A stretch of 64,000 nt of DNA from Longimicrobiales bacterium (GCA_965219445.1 CBDCNQ010000003.1:1-64000), one strand, 5' to 3'; positions 8,881-19,932 are shown, counted from the stretch's first letter. The notes: generated by a model from the sequence alone, not told the origin. Translations and numbers: made by a program.

Positions 8881-10056
8881 TTGCAGAAGGTGCAACGGCA
8901 AGTCATACACGGAATCGAGAGACACGCCATCAAACACCCCTCGAAACCCCTCAGCGCCTCATTCGTGAAGCACGTCAAGCGGCCGGGCCGGCACGGCGAC
9001 GGCGGGCGCGGCTCGCACGGCCTCTACCTGCGCGTCTGGCGGCGTCCGAACGGACGCATCGGCAAGGCGTGGGCTCAGCGCCTCCGTGTCGGCGGCAAGG
9101 TCACGTCCCTGGGGTTGGGACCCTATCCCGTCGTCACGCTGGCGGAGGCGCGGGCGAAGGCGCTCGGGAACCGCCGCGCCGCCCACGCGGGACGCGATCC
9201 CCGGGGCGGCGGAGTTCCGACGTTCGAGGTGGCGGCCAGGAAGTTCATCAAGCTGCATTCGCGGACGTGGAAGGCCGGGTCGCGGCTCCCCCGGGAGTGG
9301 GAGCAGACCCTCGCGGACTACGCCCTTCCCATTGTCGGGCGCAAATCCGTGGCGGCGGTCACGACCGGCGACGTGCTGGCCGTGCTCACTCCGATCTGGC
9401 ACACGAAGCCGGCGACGGCGAAGAAGGTCCGCCAGCGCATCGGGGCGGTGATGAAGTGGGCCGTTGCCCAGGGCCACCGCACCGACAACCCGGCGGGCGA
9501 GGAGATCAAGGCCGCGTTGCCGAACGGGAGCGGCCACACCCGCCACCATCGGGCGCTCCCTCACGACCGGGTTGCCGAAGTCCTCTCGAAGACCAGGAGC
9601 AACGTCAACGGCGTCGCCTTGCGGTTCGTCGTGCTCACCGCCTGCCGCGTGTCGGAGGTCGCCGGGGCGAAGTGGTCCGAGATCGACAGCGGCGTTTGGA
9701 CGATCCCGGCTTCGAGGATGAAGACGAAGAAGGAACACCGTGTTCCGCTGTCGTCGGCCGCCTTGCGGGTGCTCGCCGAAGCGAAGTCCGATTCGCCGTT
9801 CGTTTTCCCCGGACGGGGCGGGAAGCCGATTGCTCGCCAGTCCATCGGACGGGCGCTCAACGGGACGAAGGCGACGCCTCACGGGTTCCGTAGCTCGTTC
9901 CGGGATTGGTGCTCCGAGACGGGAGTTCCCCGCGAGGTCGCCGAAAGGGCGCTCGCACATGTCGTCGGGAACAGGGTCGAGGCCGCGTACAACAGGACCG
10001 ACTTGCTGGAGCGCCGCCGCGAGGTCATGGAGGCGTGGGGGCGGTACCTGTCGTAA
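8881..10056 (+). CDS. P4-like tyrosine integrase with arm-DNA-binding domain
   Basis: GLYLRV, LGLGPYPVVTLAEAR, LTACRVSEV, RMKTKKEHRVPLS, TPHGFRSSFRDW, ALAH, AAYNRTDLLERRR. Confidence 0.95.
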   Translation: MQKVQRQVIHGIERHAIKHPSKPLSASFVKHVKRPGRHGDGGRGSHGLYLRVWRRPNGRIGKAWAQRLRVGGKVTSLGLGPYPVVTLAEARAKALGNRRAAHAGRDPRGGGVPTFEVAARKFIKLHSRTWKAGSRLPREWEQTLADYALPIVGRKSVAAVTTGDVLAVLTPIWHTKPATAKKVRQRIGAVMKWAVAQGHRTDNPAGEEIKAALPNGSGHTRHHRALPHDRVAEVLSKTRSNVNGVALRFVVLTACRVSEVAGAKWSEIDSGVWTIPASRMKTKKEHRVPLSSAALRVLAEAKSDSPFVFPGRGGKPIARQSIGRALNGTKATPHGFRSSFRDWCSETGVPREVAERALAHVVGNRVEAAYNRTDLLERRREVMEAWGRYLS

Positions 10057-10554
10057 GCCAGCCGACGCAGTGTTGAACACATTGTGGTCTGGCAAGGGGA
10101 TGCTGCGCCCCCCTTCGACCCCCAGCCTCCGTTGCCGCTGCCGACGCAGTCGGCGGGGTCCTCGCCCCCCTTCCGGCGTGGCGCAGCGGCCGCAGCGGAG
10201 CGCAAGCGCACCCGGCAGGTCGCGCGCGTCGGCAAGCACTCAATCCATCGAGCGGGTGCTTGCGGCGATGGCCGCCGTCGGGAGCCCCGAAACCGATGGA
10301 CATTAGGTTTGTGGCTCGCGGCACCCGCTCGGCCTGGGCGGCCTATTGGCGGAGGCGAGGTCGGGCTCCGAGTCGGGCTGCAAACGGTGCACGAAGGCGT
10401 CGGCTGGGGGAGCGGTGCCCCCCGTTCGGGCTCATTCCGTTCGCCGATGCTCATCATGGGCCCTAAGATTACTGGGACACGTACACCCGATCGGCCCAGG
10501 GTGGGGTTCCTCAGCCGCGAGGCCGCCGGACAGTAGATTCAGGAGGTCGCCGCG

Positions 10555-13176
10555 ATGCTGACGTCGTCAAGAGGCCGTTTCCTCATCGCCGCTTTTTGTG
10601 GCCGCGCCGCGCTGCTGTTACTGCTGACCGCAGCGCCGGCGGCCGCCCAGCAAACGGGAACCATCAGGGGCACGGTAGTGGACGTGTCCGGCAACGCCTT
10701 GCCCGATATCTTGGTGACCGCAACCGGTTCCGGCGTGAGCGAGGAAGTCGTCACGGATGCTGAAAGCGCCTACGAATTCCCCGCTCTCGCCGCCGGCGAC
10801 TATGTCGTAACCGCCACCCTGTTCGGTTATGCGCCCCGGGAGATTCAGGTCACCGTGGGCGCAGGTGCCGTGGAAACGGTCCCGATCGTTCTGGAGCCCA
10901 CTTTCCGGCTCGATCCGCTGAGCGTGGTGGCGGAGGAGCCCACGGTCTTCGCGCGCAATTTCGTCGCGGAACCGATGATCAGGCAGCAGTCGAACATGAC
11001 CGCTGTGACGTCGGTGATCGACAACCTTCCCGGCGTGTCCGTCCAAGAGGGGGACGCGTACGCCTTTGACGACTGGTCGAGCAACGTCGTCATGCGCGGG
11101 TTCCAATCGACCATCAACGATGCACAGATCGGTACCACCATCGACGGATTCCCCAATGGCACGTCGGACTACTGGAGCGGCGCGAAGGCGAACCGGTTCG
11201 TCGACCCGATGAACCTCGGTGGGGTCGAGGTGTCGCAGGGGACCGCCGACATCGCCTCCCGGTCGGTCGAGGCGCTGGGCGGCACGCTCAATTTCTTGAC
11301 GGCCGACCCGGCGGCGGAGCGGAGCCACACGGCGTCCGTCACGATCGGCGAGAACGAGGGCCAGCGGTTCGCCGCGCGTGTCGAGACCGGATCGTTGTTC
11401 GGCGGCACGACGCGGGCCTGGGTAGCCGCGATCCGGCAGGAGGCGACCGACTGGATGGAGGGCTCCGCAAGGAACGAGCGGGAGCACCTCGCCGCCAAGA
11501 TCGTGTTTTCGCACGGACCTCTCGATCTCACCGGCTACATGTCGCACGACGACATCCACGAGGATGTCTACCAACGGCTCAACGGCGAGGCGGACTTCAG
11601 GGCCGACCCGCGCTGGGACCGGCTGGTCGGCCACTGGCCCGGCGTGCCCTACCTGAACCAGTTCTACCGCCCCGGCTGGCAGACACGGCGCAAGAACACG
11701 CTCGCCTACCTCAAGGCCGACTGGTCCGTCAGCGAGTTGATCTCCCTGAGCGCGGGCGCGTACCATCATGACAACCGGGGCCGTGGCGACTGGTTGCCCC
11801 CCTACATCGTGGACGTGGTGGACGACGGGAATCGGCCGGAGTCGGAGCTGGCGGGCCTCGCGCCGGTGCGGGGCGGCACGCAGCTCGGGGTAGTCCACTT
11901 CGTGGACGGCAATGGCGTCGCCGTCGGACCGGCGCCGGGATGCACGTCGTCCTACATCTTCAACTACTATGGGTCGGGCGACCCGGAGGTCGACCCGGCG
12001 TGCCACCCCGGGGCGACCGCGGTTCAGTCGTACCGTCACAGCCATTACGGGAAGAATCGCCTCGGCGTCAACATCGACGGGGAGTGGTCCGTTTTGTTTG
12101 GCGGGGGAGGGGGCAGCGGGCTGCGGGCGGGCATCTGGTACGAGGACTCGCGGCGCGACCTCGGCCGGGACTGGCACCGGATGCTGGACCCTGCGCTCAA
12201 CTTCAAGTGGGACGAGCAGGCCTATTGGCACCAGTACGAGTGGGACTTTCCGCAGGACGTCTTTAAGTGGTACGTGGAGGAGACGCTGTACTTCGGCCCG
12301 TTCGAATTGGCCGGCGGCGTCAAGCAGTACCTTGTCTCCGTGTCGCGCGAGGACCAGTTCGGCATTGATCGGGACCTTGGTGTCGATTCCGATTCGGAGC
12401 TGCTCTTCTCCGGCGGCGTCACCTACGAGACGCCGGTCGAGGGCCTCGACCTGTTCGCGGGCTACGCCGAGAACTTCAGGGCGATCAGCAGCACGTTGCT
12501 CGAGGCCCCGAGCCGCAGTTTGGACCTCCTGGAGCCCGAGACCGCGTCGAACATCGATGTCGGGGTTCAATACTCCGGCGAGCGGCTCGCGCTGAGCGCC
12601 ACCATGTATTCCATCGATTTTGACAACCGGATCTTCTACCTCGGCCCCCAGACGCCCGCAGGACCCAACTACCTCATCCCCGGAGGGGGAGCCTACTTCA
12701 ACGCGGGCGGGATCGAAACGAGTGGTGTCGAGTTGGCCGCCACGGTGGCGATGCCGGGTCGGACATCCTTCTACACCGCGTTGACGCTCAACGACTCGAA
12801 GTACGTCGGGACCGACGATCCGCTCGTTGACGCCAGCCAGGGCATTGTGCCCGGCACGGACGTTACGGGCGTACCGCCTCGGCTGTGGGTGGTGTCCCTC
12901 GACCGCACCGGACCCCTGGGTGGCGGGCTGTCTGCGAAATACACGGCATCGCGCCGCGTCAGTCTGACGGCGGACTGGTACACCGACGCCTACTGGGTGG
13001 TAGACGCCTACGTCAGCTTCAGCGGCGAAGCGTTGAGCGATCTGTTCCGGGCGACGGAGTTCTCGATCGTGGCGAACAACGTACTCGACAGCCCCTATCT
13101 GTCCGCGATCACCGAGAACGCGGCCTGGCTGGGCGCACCCCGGACGATATCGATGACCACGACCGTCTCCTTCTGA
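10555..13176 (+). CDS. TonB-dependent receptor with N-terminal carboxypeptidase-regulatory-like domain
   Basis: Signal peptide, GTIRGTVVD, plug (LPGVSV, GGTLNF), LEPETASNIDVG, NNVLDSPY, C-terminal F. Confidence 0.9.
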   Translation: MLTSSRGRFLIAAFCGRAALLLLLTAAPAAAQQTGTIRGTVVDVSGNALPDILVTATGSGVSEEVVTDAESAYEFPALAAGDYVVTATLFGYAPREIQVTVGAGAVETVPIVLEPTFRLDPLSVVAEEPTVFARNFVAEPMIRQQSNMTAVTSVIDNLPGVSVQEGDAYAFDDWSSNVVMRGFQSTINDAQIGTTIDGFPNGTSDYWSGAKANRFVDPMNLGGVEVSQGTADIASRSVEALGGTLNFLTADPAAERSHTASVTIGENEGQRFAARVETGSLFGGTTRAWVAAIRQEATDWMEGSARNEREHLAAKIVFSHGPLDLTGYMSHDDIHEDVYQRLNGEADFRADPRWDRLVGHWPGVPYLNQFYRPGWQTRRKNTLAYLKADWSVSELISLSAGAYHHDNRGRGDWLPPYIVDVVDDGNRPESELAGLAPVRGGTQLGVVHFVDGNGVAVGPAPGCTSSYIFNYYGSGDPEVDPACHPGATAVQSYRHSHYGKNRLGVNIDGEWSVLFGGGGGSGLRAGIWYEDSRRDLGRDWHRMLDPALNFKWDEQAYWHQYEWDFPQDVFKWYVEETLYFGPFELAGGVKQYLVSVSREDQFGIDRDLGVDSDSELLFSGGVTYETPVEGLDLFAGYAENFRAISSTLLEAPSRSLDLLEPETASNIDVGVQYSGERLALSATMYSIDFDNRIFYLGPQTPAGPNYLIPGGGAYFNAGGIETSGVELAATVAMPGRTSFYTALTLNDSKYVGTDDPLVDASQGIVPGTDVTGVPPRLWVVSLDRTGPLGGGLSAKYTASRRVSLTADWYTDAYWVVDAYVSFSGEALSDLFRATEFSIVANNVLDSPYLSAITENAAWLGAPRTISMTTTVSF

Positions 13177-13344
13177 CGAATCGCCAGGACGCCCCTTTCT
13201 TGGACGGTTTTCAGCCGTTGGGTGGCGGGGGCGAGGAGCCGAGCGATAACTCAGAGCCACGCGCCGGATCACCAGTTCGCCGACCCGTGATCGCCGCCAC
13301 ATGCTTCTTCCGGATGAGCGGCAGTGTCCCGCGCAGATCCCACG

Positions 13345-13747
13345 ACAGACGTCGCGGAGCGGGTCGAACGTCCTCCGCCAACCCGGAGGGGCGATGTTGA
13401 GGCTCCGGCCGGTCTCCAGGTCGCACCGTGCGGCGAGGACATGGACGTGAGCGCTGCCGCCGCGCTCGCGGTGAAGCACGACCCCCTGGGCGTAGCGGTC
13501 GGGTTTCGAGCCCCGCCCAGGCCGTCTCTTCGAAGGTGTCCAAAACCTCGCCGATCTGGTCGTCGGTCGGAGCGTCCTCCGGCGCCCAGGCGATTACGCC
13601 TGAGGTGTACTTGTGATCGAAGGGAAGCGTGTCGGCCACGGCGGCCACTTGGTGGGGATCCCCCCGGAGGACCTCGACGCCTGCGCGCGGCTTCCCGGCC
13701 GCATCCCGCGCCGAGCCGGTCCCGCGGACGAGGAACTTAACGAGCAT
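13345..13747 (-). pseudogene. truncated, frameshifted MOBP (MbeA-like) relaxase
   Basis: MLVKFLVRGTGS...VLRGDP...KYTSGVIAW, frameshift, then VLHRERGGSAHVHVL...ETGRSLNIAPPGW; the usual N-terminal catalytic Tyr segment is missing. Confidence 0.75.
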
Positions 13748-13749
13748 CG

Positions 13750-13931
13750 GTGTCCGGGCACCCAGCGGGCGATCTGGTTGAGGTCGTTGTCGATGCGCGC
13801 CACCTCGCGGGTGCGCTCTCGCACCAGATCCGACAGCGTCAAGCCTGCGGAGCGCGCCTTGGCGTGCCACTCGGCACGCGCTCCGCCTCGCTGGCGCGGA
13901 GCTTCACCCACACGGCGCGTCCCGGGCTCAT
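13750..13931 (-). pseudogene. mobC: degenerate MobC relaxosome protein
   Basis: VWVKLRASEAER / EWHAKARSAGLTLSDLVR / VARIDNDLNQIARW (MobC NLNQIA motif); frameshifted. Confidence 0.7.
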
Positions 13932-13944
13932 GACGCGCCGTTGC

Positions 13945-14040
13945 CGTTGGGGGGGTCAGAGGAGGGGGCACAGCCCCCCGCCAGCCCCTGCCGGGGACGC
14001 GCGAAGCGTGGCCCCAAGGGGTAGGCTGGCTTGGGCACCT
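13945..14040. other. putative oriT
   Basis: GC-rich hairpins upstream of mobC, and GGCTGGCTT resembling the ColE1-type nic site CTGG^CTT. Confidence 0.4.
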
Positions 14041-14381
14041 TAAGGAGCCCGAGCCAGCCCTGCGATGGCCTCCGAAACGACGCTCCGGGCACCGCCCGGG
14101 AATGCCGCCACTCCCGAGGCTCCAGCACCGGGATACCGCCCCACAATCGGCGACGCGCGGAGAGGTTGGCGCTTCGGGCCGTCCGGGTTACCGTTCACAG
14201 GACCCTGGGAGCACAACCGGAAACCTGCCAGCATTGGTTTCTGGACTGGGCCGGAACACAGTGGACGCGCAGGGACCGCGTTGGAACAGGCATCCGGGGT
14301 GTCGCGTCCGAATAGTGTACCGGCGGTGATACGGAGACTCCCCGTGTCGCTATAACTCCATGATTTACAACGATTTACGAT

Positions 14382-15461
14382 TTGGAGTGCCTGTTCCAGA
14401 TCGAGTGGCGCGACAACGGGCGCAGGCTCACAAGGTCGCTGAAGCACCGCGACTGGAGACGGGCGAAGCGGCAGGCGGACGAGTTCGCCGCCGGCTACCT
14501 CGGGCCGGAGCTCCACCGCAAGGCGGAAGCCGAGTCCGAGCCGCTCACCCTGGAGACGCTTTTTGACATCTACGGTGAAGAGGTGACGCCCACCAAGCGT
14601 GGACAGTCGCGGCTGCACGACAGGGCCGCGACGGGGATGTTCCTCGGGTGCTTCGGCAGGGACCGGAAGCCCGCAACGCTCTCCCAGCGCGACTGGGACC
14701 GGTTCATCCGGGAGCGGCGCGCGGGCAGGGTCGGCGCGAGCGGAAGCCCGGTGTCCGACCGGACGATCGAACGCGACTTGAAGTTCCTGCTCGCGGTCCT
14801 CAACTGGGCCGTGAAGTCGAGGGACGAGCGGGGCGAACTGCTCCTCGGCTCGAACCCGCTCAAGGGCCTGAAGACGCCCAAGGAGAAGAACCCGACACGG
14901 GTCGTCCTTTCTGAGGAGGAATACCAGGCGCTTCTCGAGGTGTCCCGCCCGGTCGACTGGCGGTTTCGTGTCGCGCTCGTGCTCGCGCACGAGACGGGTC
15001 ACCGCATCGGTGCCATCCGCCAGCTTCGATGGTCGGACATCGACATGGAAGGCGGAGTGGTGCGGTGGCGCGCAGAGCACGAGAAGTCGGGCTACGAGCA
15101 CCGGACGCCGGTCACCGCCGAGGCGCTCGCCGTCTTGGAGGAGGCGCGAAAGAGGAACCCCGTGACCGGACACACTCTCGTGCTGCCCTCGCCGCAGGAT
15201 CCGTCGAGGTGCGTGGGCTCCTGTCAGGCGCGCGGCTGGTGGCAAAAAGCGGAGGGGCTCGCGGGGCTTGAACCTAAGCCCGGCAGAGGCTGGCATTCCC
15301 TGAGGCGGAAGTTCGCCTCCGACCTCATGAACCAGCCACTCAAGGTGCTCTGCGAGTTGGGTGGCTGGAAGACGGCCAAGACGGTGCTCCAGTGCTACCA
15401 GAGGGCCGACGAGGCACAACTCAGGACGGCTCTGGAAAGCCGCCGCAGAGTTCGCGCCTGA
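14382..15461 (+). CDS. tyrosine integrase, 3' part (interrupted gene; would be 387 aa if rejoined)
   Basis: ETGHRIGAIRQLRWSDID, HEKSG, WHSLRRKFASDL, GGW, QCY. Confidence 0.9.
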   Translation: MECLFQIEWRDNGRRLTRSLKHRDWRRAKRQADEFAAGYLGPELHRKAEAESEPLTLETLFDIYGEEVTPTKRGQSRLHDRAATGMFLGCFGRDRKPATLSQRDWDRFIRERRAGRVGASGSPVSDRTIERDLKFLLAVLNWAVKSRDERGELLLGSNPLKGLKTPKEKNPTRVVLSEEEYQALLEVSRPVDWRFRVALVLAHETGHRIGAIRQLRWSDIDMEGGVVRWRAEHEKSGYEHRTPVTAEALAVLEEARKRNPVTGHTLVLPSPQDPSRCVGSCQARGWWQKAEGLAGLEPKPGRGWHSLRRKFASDLMNQPLKVLCELGGWKTAKTVLQCYQRADEAQLRTALESRRRVRA

Positions 15462-15691
15462 TCCCAATCAGCGGGAATTTGGCCAGCGAAGCCCGTAAGT
15501 TCAATAATCACATAAACATCCAAAACTGTGGGCGTTTGCCTGACCGGCACACTTTTGCACCGAGCGCCTAAGCTGCCGACCCATCACCTTGTGCGTGCAA
15601 GGTCGCGCCCGAAGTTCTGAAGGCCGATCTGGCCGCGGCGCGTATGCCCATCTTCGATGCCGGAAGCAATGGCAAGTGCGAATCCTAGTCC

Positions 15692-17232
15692 CTACCACGT
15701 CCACGACGCATCCACGGCTTTGACCGCCAAGCCGAGCGCCTCATACTCGCGGTCCCGGCGGTCCGGCGCGTGGGCGGCCGGCGAGCGATGGCTCTGCACG
15801 ACGATCACGAGTTCGCGAGACGGGATGATGTACGTGCGCTGTCCCCCGCTCCCGAGGCGTTGTAGGTGTCCGGGGGGAGGCTGGGGATCCGGCCGCCGCG
15901 GCCGGACTCGTCCGCGCTGTTCAGCCAGAAGAGGCCGCCGTAGTACGGGCGATCCCACGCGGGGGCCGGTGAGTTGACGAAGTCCACGAACTCCTCGGTC
16001 AGCAGGCGCCTTCCGTTCCACACGCCTCGGTGGAGGTACAGGAGGCCGAACCGCGCCCAGTTTCTCGCCGTCCCGAAGTTGTAGCCGGTGAGGAGGAAGT
16101 TGCCGTACGGGTCGGTCTCCAGAGTGAAGCGGCGAATCCCGATTTCGTCGAAGAGAGCGCGCTGCGGCCACGTGAGGTACTCCTCGCCGAGCTCGTTCTC
16201 CACGGTGCGCCGGACAATGTAGCCGAGCGTCCACGGATCCGAGTTCCGGTAGCGGCCCACCGTGTTGGGCGGAAACTCGGCGTCCCGGCTCACCGAGAAC
16301 GCGAATGCATCGATGGGCGCCACGTAGCCCAGGCGATGGTCCACCTGCCCCGGCACGAACGAGCGGGCCATCTGCTCCGGAGTGGCGCCGGTGTTGCTGA
16401 AGCGGAGGCCGCTGGACATGCGCAGGAGGTCCGCGACCCTGATGGCCGCGCGCGGGTCCCCGTCCGTGTTCTGCCACGCGGGCACAGGAGCGGGTTGCCA
16501 CAGCTCGACGTGACCCATCTGGATCAGTCGCCCAACGAGGGTGGCGGTCATGCTCTTCGCCATCGACCAGCTCTCGAGTTGCATGTCCCGGTGCGCGCCA
16601 GCCCCGTACTCCTCGGCCACGATCCGTCCCCGGTGCACCACGATGAACGCCGCGCGATTGTCGTCGGGGTTTCCGAAGAAGACGCCGACCGCCTCGGCGA
16701 GAAGCTCGGCATCGACATCGTCCGCCATCGGCTGGTCCGGGAGCGCGTCGCCCATCGGCCACGGAGTCGAGGCCGCGTCGGGAAGCGTGCTCGTGACCTC
16801 TCGAGGCGTGAAGAAGACGCCGTCCGCATGGTCCGGGAGGACCACGCATCCCTGGTCGCCGAAGTGACGTGCCCGGGCTTCGACGCCTCCGTACGAGGCG
16901 GTGAGGATGCGGCGCTCGTCATCGACGGCGAACGCGAGGCGACCGCTCTCGTAGTCTTTGACCTGCTCATCGGTCCACAGGACGCTGTTGTACAGCGCCT
17001 CCTCACGCACTCGCCCGGAAACCCAGATCCCCGAACAGAAACGCTTCGCAGGGCCGGTGAGGGTCAGGTAGGTCGGGGGGCCGCCCGCCCGCGAGGGCGA
17101 GCTCGGCAGCTCGGCGGCTCGAGCTTCCGAGGCCGCGGCGTCGGGAGTCCCGCCGTCGGATGCGCCCGCATTCGCATCGCCACAAGCCAGGGTGGGGACG
17201 ACGACGAGCGCGAAGGGGACGAGCGGTCTCAT
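15692..17232 (-). CDS. serine hydrolase (beta-lactamase class C-like) lipoprotein; frameshift near 15845
   Basis: SxxK (SMAK), LLRMSSGL, YRNSD, WARFGLLYL; the C-terminus GGQRTYIIPSRELVIV lies in another frame ending at 15692. Confidence 0.8.
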
Positions 17233-17430
17233 GGGTGCCTCTCTCTTGTTCTTATGAGTCAGATTCGCTGCGTGAATCGTAGTTTCTAGTAACGCTCTTA
17301 GTAGAGGGCCACAAACTGTGGAAAACTACGCTTTCACACTGGAGCAAGGTCGTCATGGCGGATCGCGGTGAAGGCCAGGATTCGGGCTATCCAGTGGTCC
17401 GCACCAGGCCCCGCCACACCTCCTCGACCC

Positions 17431-19047
17431 TCAGTTGGCTCTCTCCAGCGAGTTCAAGGCTGCCACGAATGCGCTCCAGGCCACCGGTTCGCCATGAACG
17501 GGCGCAAGCGTCGTCACGTCTAGCTTCATCCGCTGGACCTGGTTGTTGAGGCTCCGCATCGCCGGCAACTGCGCCGCCCGAGGGGCCTCATGTGTGTCGA
17601 ACAGATCCGCTTGAAATACGATGCCCTCGGCCGGGAGGTAGGCCATCAGCATGCCAGCGACGTGCCGGAAGGGCTGGACATAGTAGATGCGCAGAATCCG
17701 GGAGTTGTCGGTAATCACGTAGTTTTCCTGAATCGCCTCGTAGTTATAGCCCTCGGCCAACTCTGTCGGTGGCCATCGCGACACGATGTCGGGTTTGACG
17801 ACCCTCGGCTCGTAGACCAACACGTCGCTGTTCAAGAAATCAATGTTCAGCTTATGCGTCACAATCGTCGAGCCGATGTGGAGATAGGTTCGCAGTCCTC
17901 CGATGTGGTCGAAGTGCGGGTGCGAACTGATCAGCCAGCGAATCGGCTTGTTCGGCGCCAGCCTTGCAATCTCCTCGATGACCAAGAGGCTGCGTTCCTC
18001 GTTGCCCGGCGCCTCGAACACGGCAACGAAGTCGTCGAACTCCACCATGTAGCTATTGGCGGGGCCGCCGCCGAGCAAATACACGCCGTCGGCCATCCTT
18101 TCGACGGTGACCTGCGTTGGGAACGTCGCCTGAGTCACCGACGGAGGCACCGGAACGGGATCGTCGCACACGTTCGGCTGCACCTCTGGAAACCTCCCAC
18201 CGTAAGCATTGTGGCCAGTGCTCTGGCGGTAGAACTGCCAGTTGTCATCCCATCCATGGTGCGAATGCCAGGCGATCGGCCACTTCACGCCGTCAAACGT
18301 CATCTGTTGGGTGGACTCGTGCTCGATATTGAAATCACCCAGTGAGGGCTCGTTTACAGTGGTCTTGATCCGTTGGATCTGATTCTGCGAGTTGATGGTG
18401 GCATCCACGCGGTACTTCCCGAACATCGTGATCGCGACCACGTGCATCTTTTCTGGTATCACCACGTTCCCGTCCCGGCCCTTCTCGATCTGTTCCCACC
18501 GCCAGAAGGCGACGGGATTGGCACCGGGCAGGCGAGCGGCCTTGATGAAGCCGGGGGGGTTCAGCCAGAGATCAAGCCGGTATAGCTCCGCCAGCTCAGG
18601 TGGAACGGCCACGGGTGGCCCGTCGCCGTCGATGTGCCAGGCAAAGTCGCCGTTCACGATGTGTGTCTGGCGGGTCTCCGTTTGAGTCGGCGTGCCGCCC
18701 TGCCAGCCCAGCCCGTACTTCCATGAGGCGGGATTCAGGCCGGGTTGGCGATCGAACGTCTCCTTGCTCGTTCCGGTTTCCCAGTTGATCGTACGCGTGT
18801 AGTTGGCCATCGCATCGATGCGCGGCCAGTCGACGCTGACGGCGTTCTCGAACGTCTGGCCGACGGCGCCGCTATAGCCGGTTCCCGAAAACGTGATGCA
18901 TTGCAGATTGGCTTCGCTGATCTCCGCGGCGGCGGCCGCCAGAAGAGGCGCAGGGTTCACGAAGCCCGGGGGAAACTGCTGGGCGGGCGCCCGGCCTCCC
19001 CAGACCAACAACAGTAGAGCAACCGCGCCTAACATCTTCTTGACCAC
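17431..19047 (-). CDS. secreted MBL-fold metallo-hydrolase
   Basis: HPHFDHIGG and PVHG motifs, signal peptide; GTG start at 19047 with AGGAGG. Confidence 0.85.
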   Translation of the reverse strand: MVKKMLGAVALLLLVWGGRAPAQQFPPGFVNPAPLLAAAAAEISEANLQCITFSGTGYSGAVGQTFENAVSVDWPRIDAMANYTRTINWETGTSKETFDRQPGLNPASWKYGLGWQGGTPTQTETRQTHIVNGDFAWHIDGDGPPVAVPPELAELYRLDLWLNPPGFIKAARLPGANPVAFWRWEQIEKGRDGNVVIPEKMHVVAITMFGKYRVDATINSQNQIQRIKTTVNEPSLGDFNIEHESTQQMTFDGVKWPIAWHSHHGWDDNWQFYRQSTGHNAYGGRFPEVQPNVCDDPVPVPPSVTQATFPTQVTVERMADGVYLLGGGPANSYMVEFDDFVAVFEAPGNEERSLLVIEEIARLAPNKPIRWLISSHPHFDHIGGLRTYLHIGSTIVTHKLNIDFLNSDVLVYEPRVVKPDIVSRWPPTELAEGYNYEAIQENYVITDNSRILRIYYVQPFRHVAGMLMAYLPAEGIVFQADLFDTHEAPRAAQLPAMRSLNNQVQRMKLDVTTLAPVHGEPVAWSAFVAALNSLERAN

Positions 19048-19351
19048 GTTTCCTCCTGAGACGGATAGGAAATCCAAACGCCCTCCGCGGCCGGAAGGCA
19101 AAGTAGGACGAGGCTTCCGGGGGCGTCAAGAGAATGGGGACGACCGGACGACCTACTATGGCGGTGGGGCGAAAGGATACACCGACTACCCGTCACTTGA
19201 ACAAGAGCGCGGCGAGGTGCCCATGCCTTGCGTCGACCAACGGTGGCCGTGACAAAGAGGAGGGAGCCTTCAAAGCAGAGCGTCGACCCGCAGCACTGCG
19301 AGAGAGATCGCTCCGCTGGTCGGGTGGGATACGCTGCAATAGAATCGTCCG

Positions 19352-19711
19352 ATGACTAAAGCTTCGGAGTTCATCAAGGAATTGAAGCGCCGCCGCGTCT
19401 ACCGTGCCGCGGTCGCCTACATCGTGGTCGGCCTGGGAGTGCTTGGCGGAGCCGATGTGGTCCTAGACCCGCTCGGACTCGGAGAAGCTCGACGGCTTAT
19501 CGTTGTCCTCACACTACTCGGGTTCCCTCTCGCGATGGTCCTCGCATGGATTTACGACCTGACGCCCACGGGATTGTTGCGCGATAGTGGGCTGGATGAT
19601 GGGACGGAGGAGTCGATGGCCGAGGCATCTAAGCCCGCGTCACAGAATGTGTCCGATGGCATCGTTGTCCTTCCCTTCGAGAACTTGAGTCCGCACAAGG
19701 AGGACGAGTAC
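19352..19711 (+). pseudogene. N-terminal fragment of a membrane TolB-like/TPR (adenylate-cyclase-associated) protein
   Basis: ELKRRRVYRAAVAY...GFPLAMVLAWIYD...IVVLPFENLS..DEY, after which similarity stops and the ORF runs antisense into the tRNA. Confidence 0.65.
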
Positions 19712-19858
19712 TCGTCGTCCTCCGGCAGCTACGCCGATCGCGCATTAGACAAGTTCCAACCCGCGGCAGCGGCCAAGAGCACCACAAACGCTGCCGCCCC
19801 ACCATGGCCCGCCGACCCCGTCTCGACCCGGTCTCCGACGTCTCAAGCTCTCTCACAG

Positions 19859-19932
19859 TCGGGACGGCCGGATTCGAACCGGCGACCCCCTGAACCCCAT
19901 TCAGGTGCGCTACCGAGCTGCGCCACGTCCCG
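19859..19932 (-). tRNA. tRNA-Pro(GGG)
   Basis: CGGGACG acceptor, anticodon arm CCTGA-ATGGGGT-TCAGG, GGTTCGAATCC T-loop. Confidence 0.95.

Larger units (their letters stand above)
8719..14402. mobile_element. integrative (formerly mobilizable) element, ~5.7 kb, inserted in an integrase gene
   Basis: 14-bp direct repeats GCCTGTTCCAGATC at 8719-8732 and 14389-14402; carries integrase, TonB receptor and mob remnants. Confidence 0.85.

Noticed and set aside
10618..13479. 953-aa minus-strand ORF and other long antisense ORFs (e.g. 5260-7368, 54753-56525)
   Set aside because: Shadow ORFs of well-supported genes in high-GC DNA; only the first ~45 codons of 10618-13479 are real relaxase remnant.
19859..19932. 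tRNA-Pro(GGG) as attachment site of the 1-19 kb island
   Set aside because: No duplicate of its 3' end was found in the window; cannot be supported.
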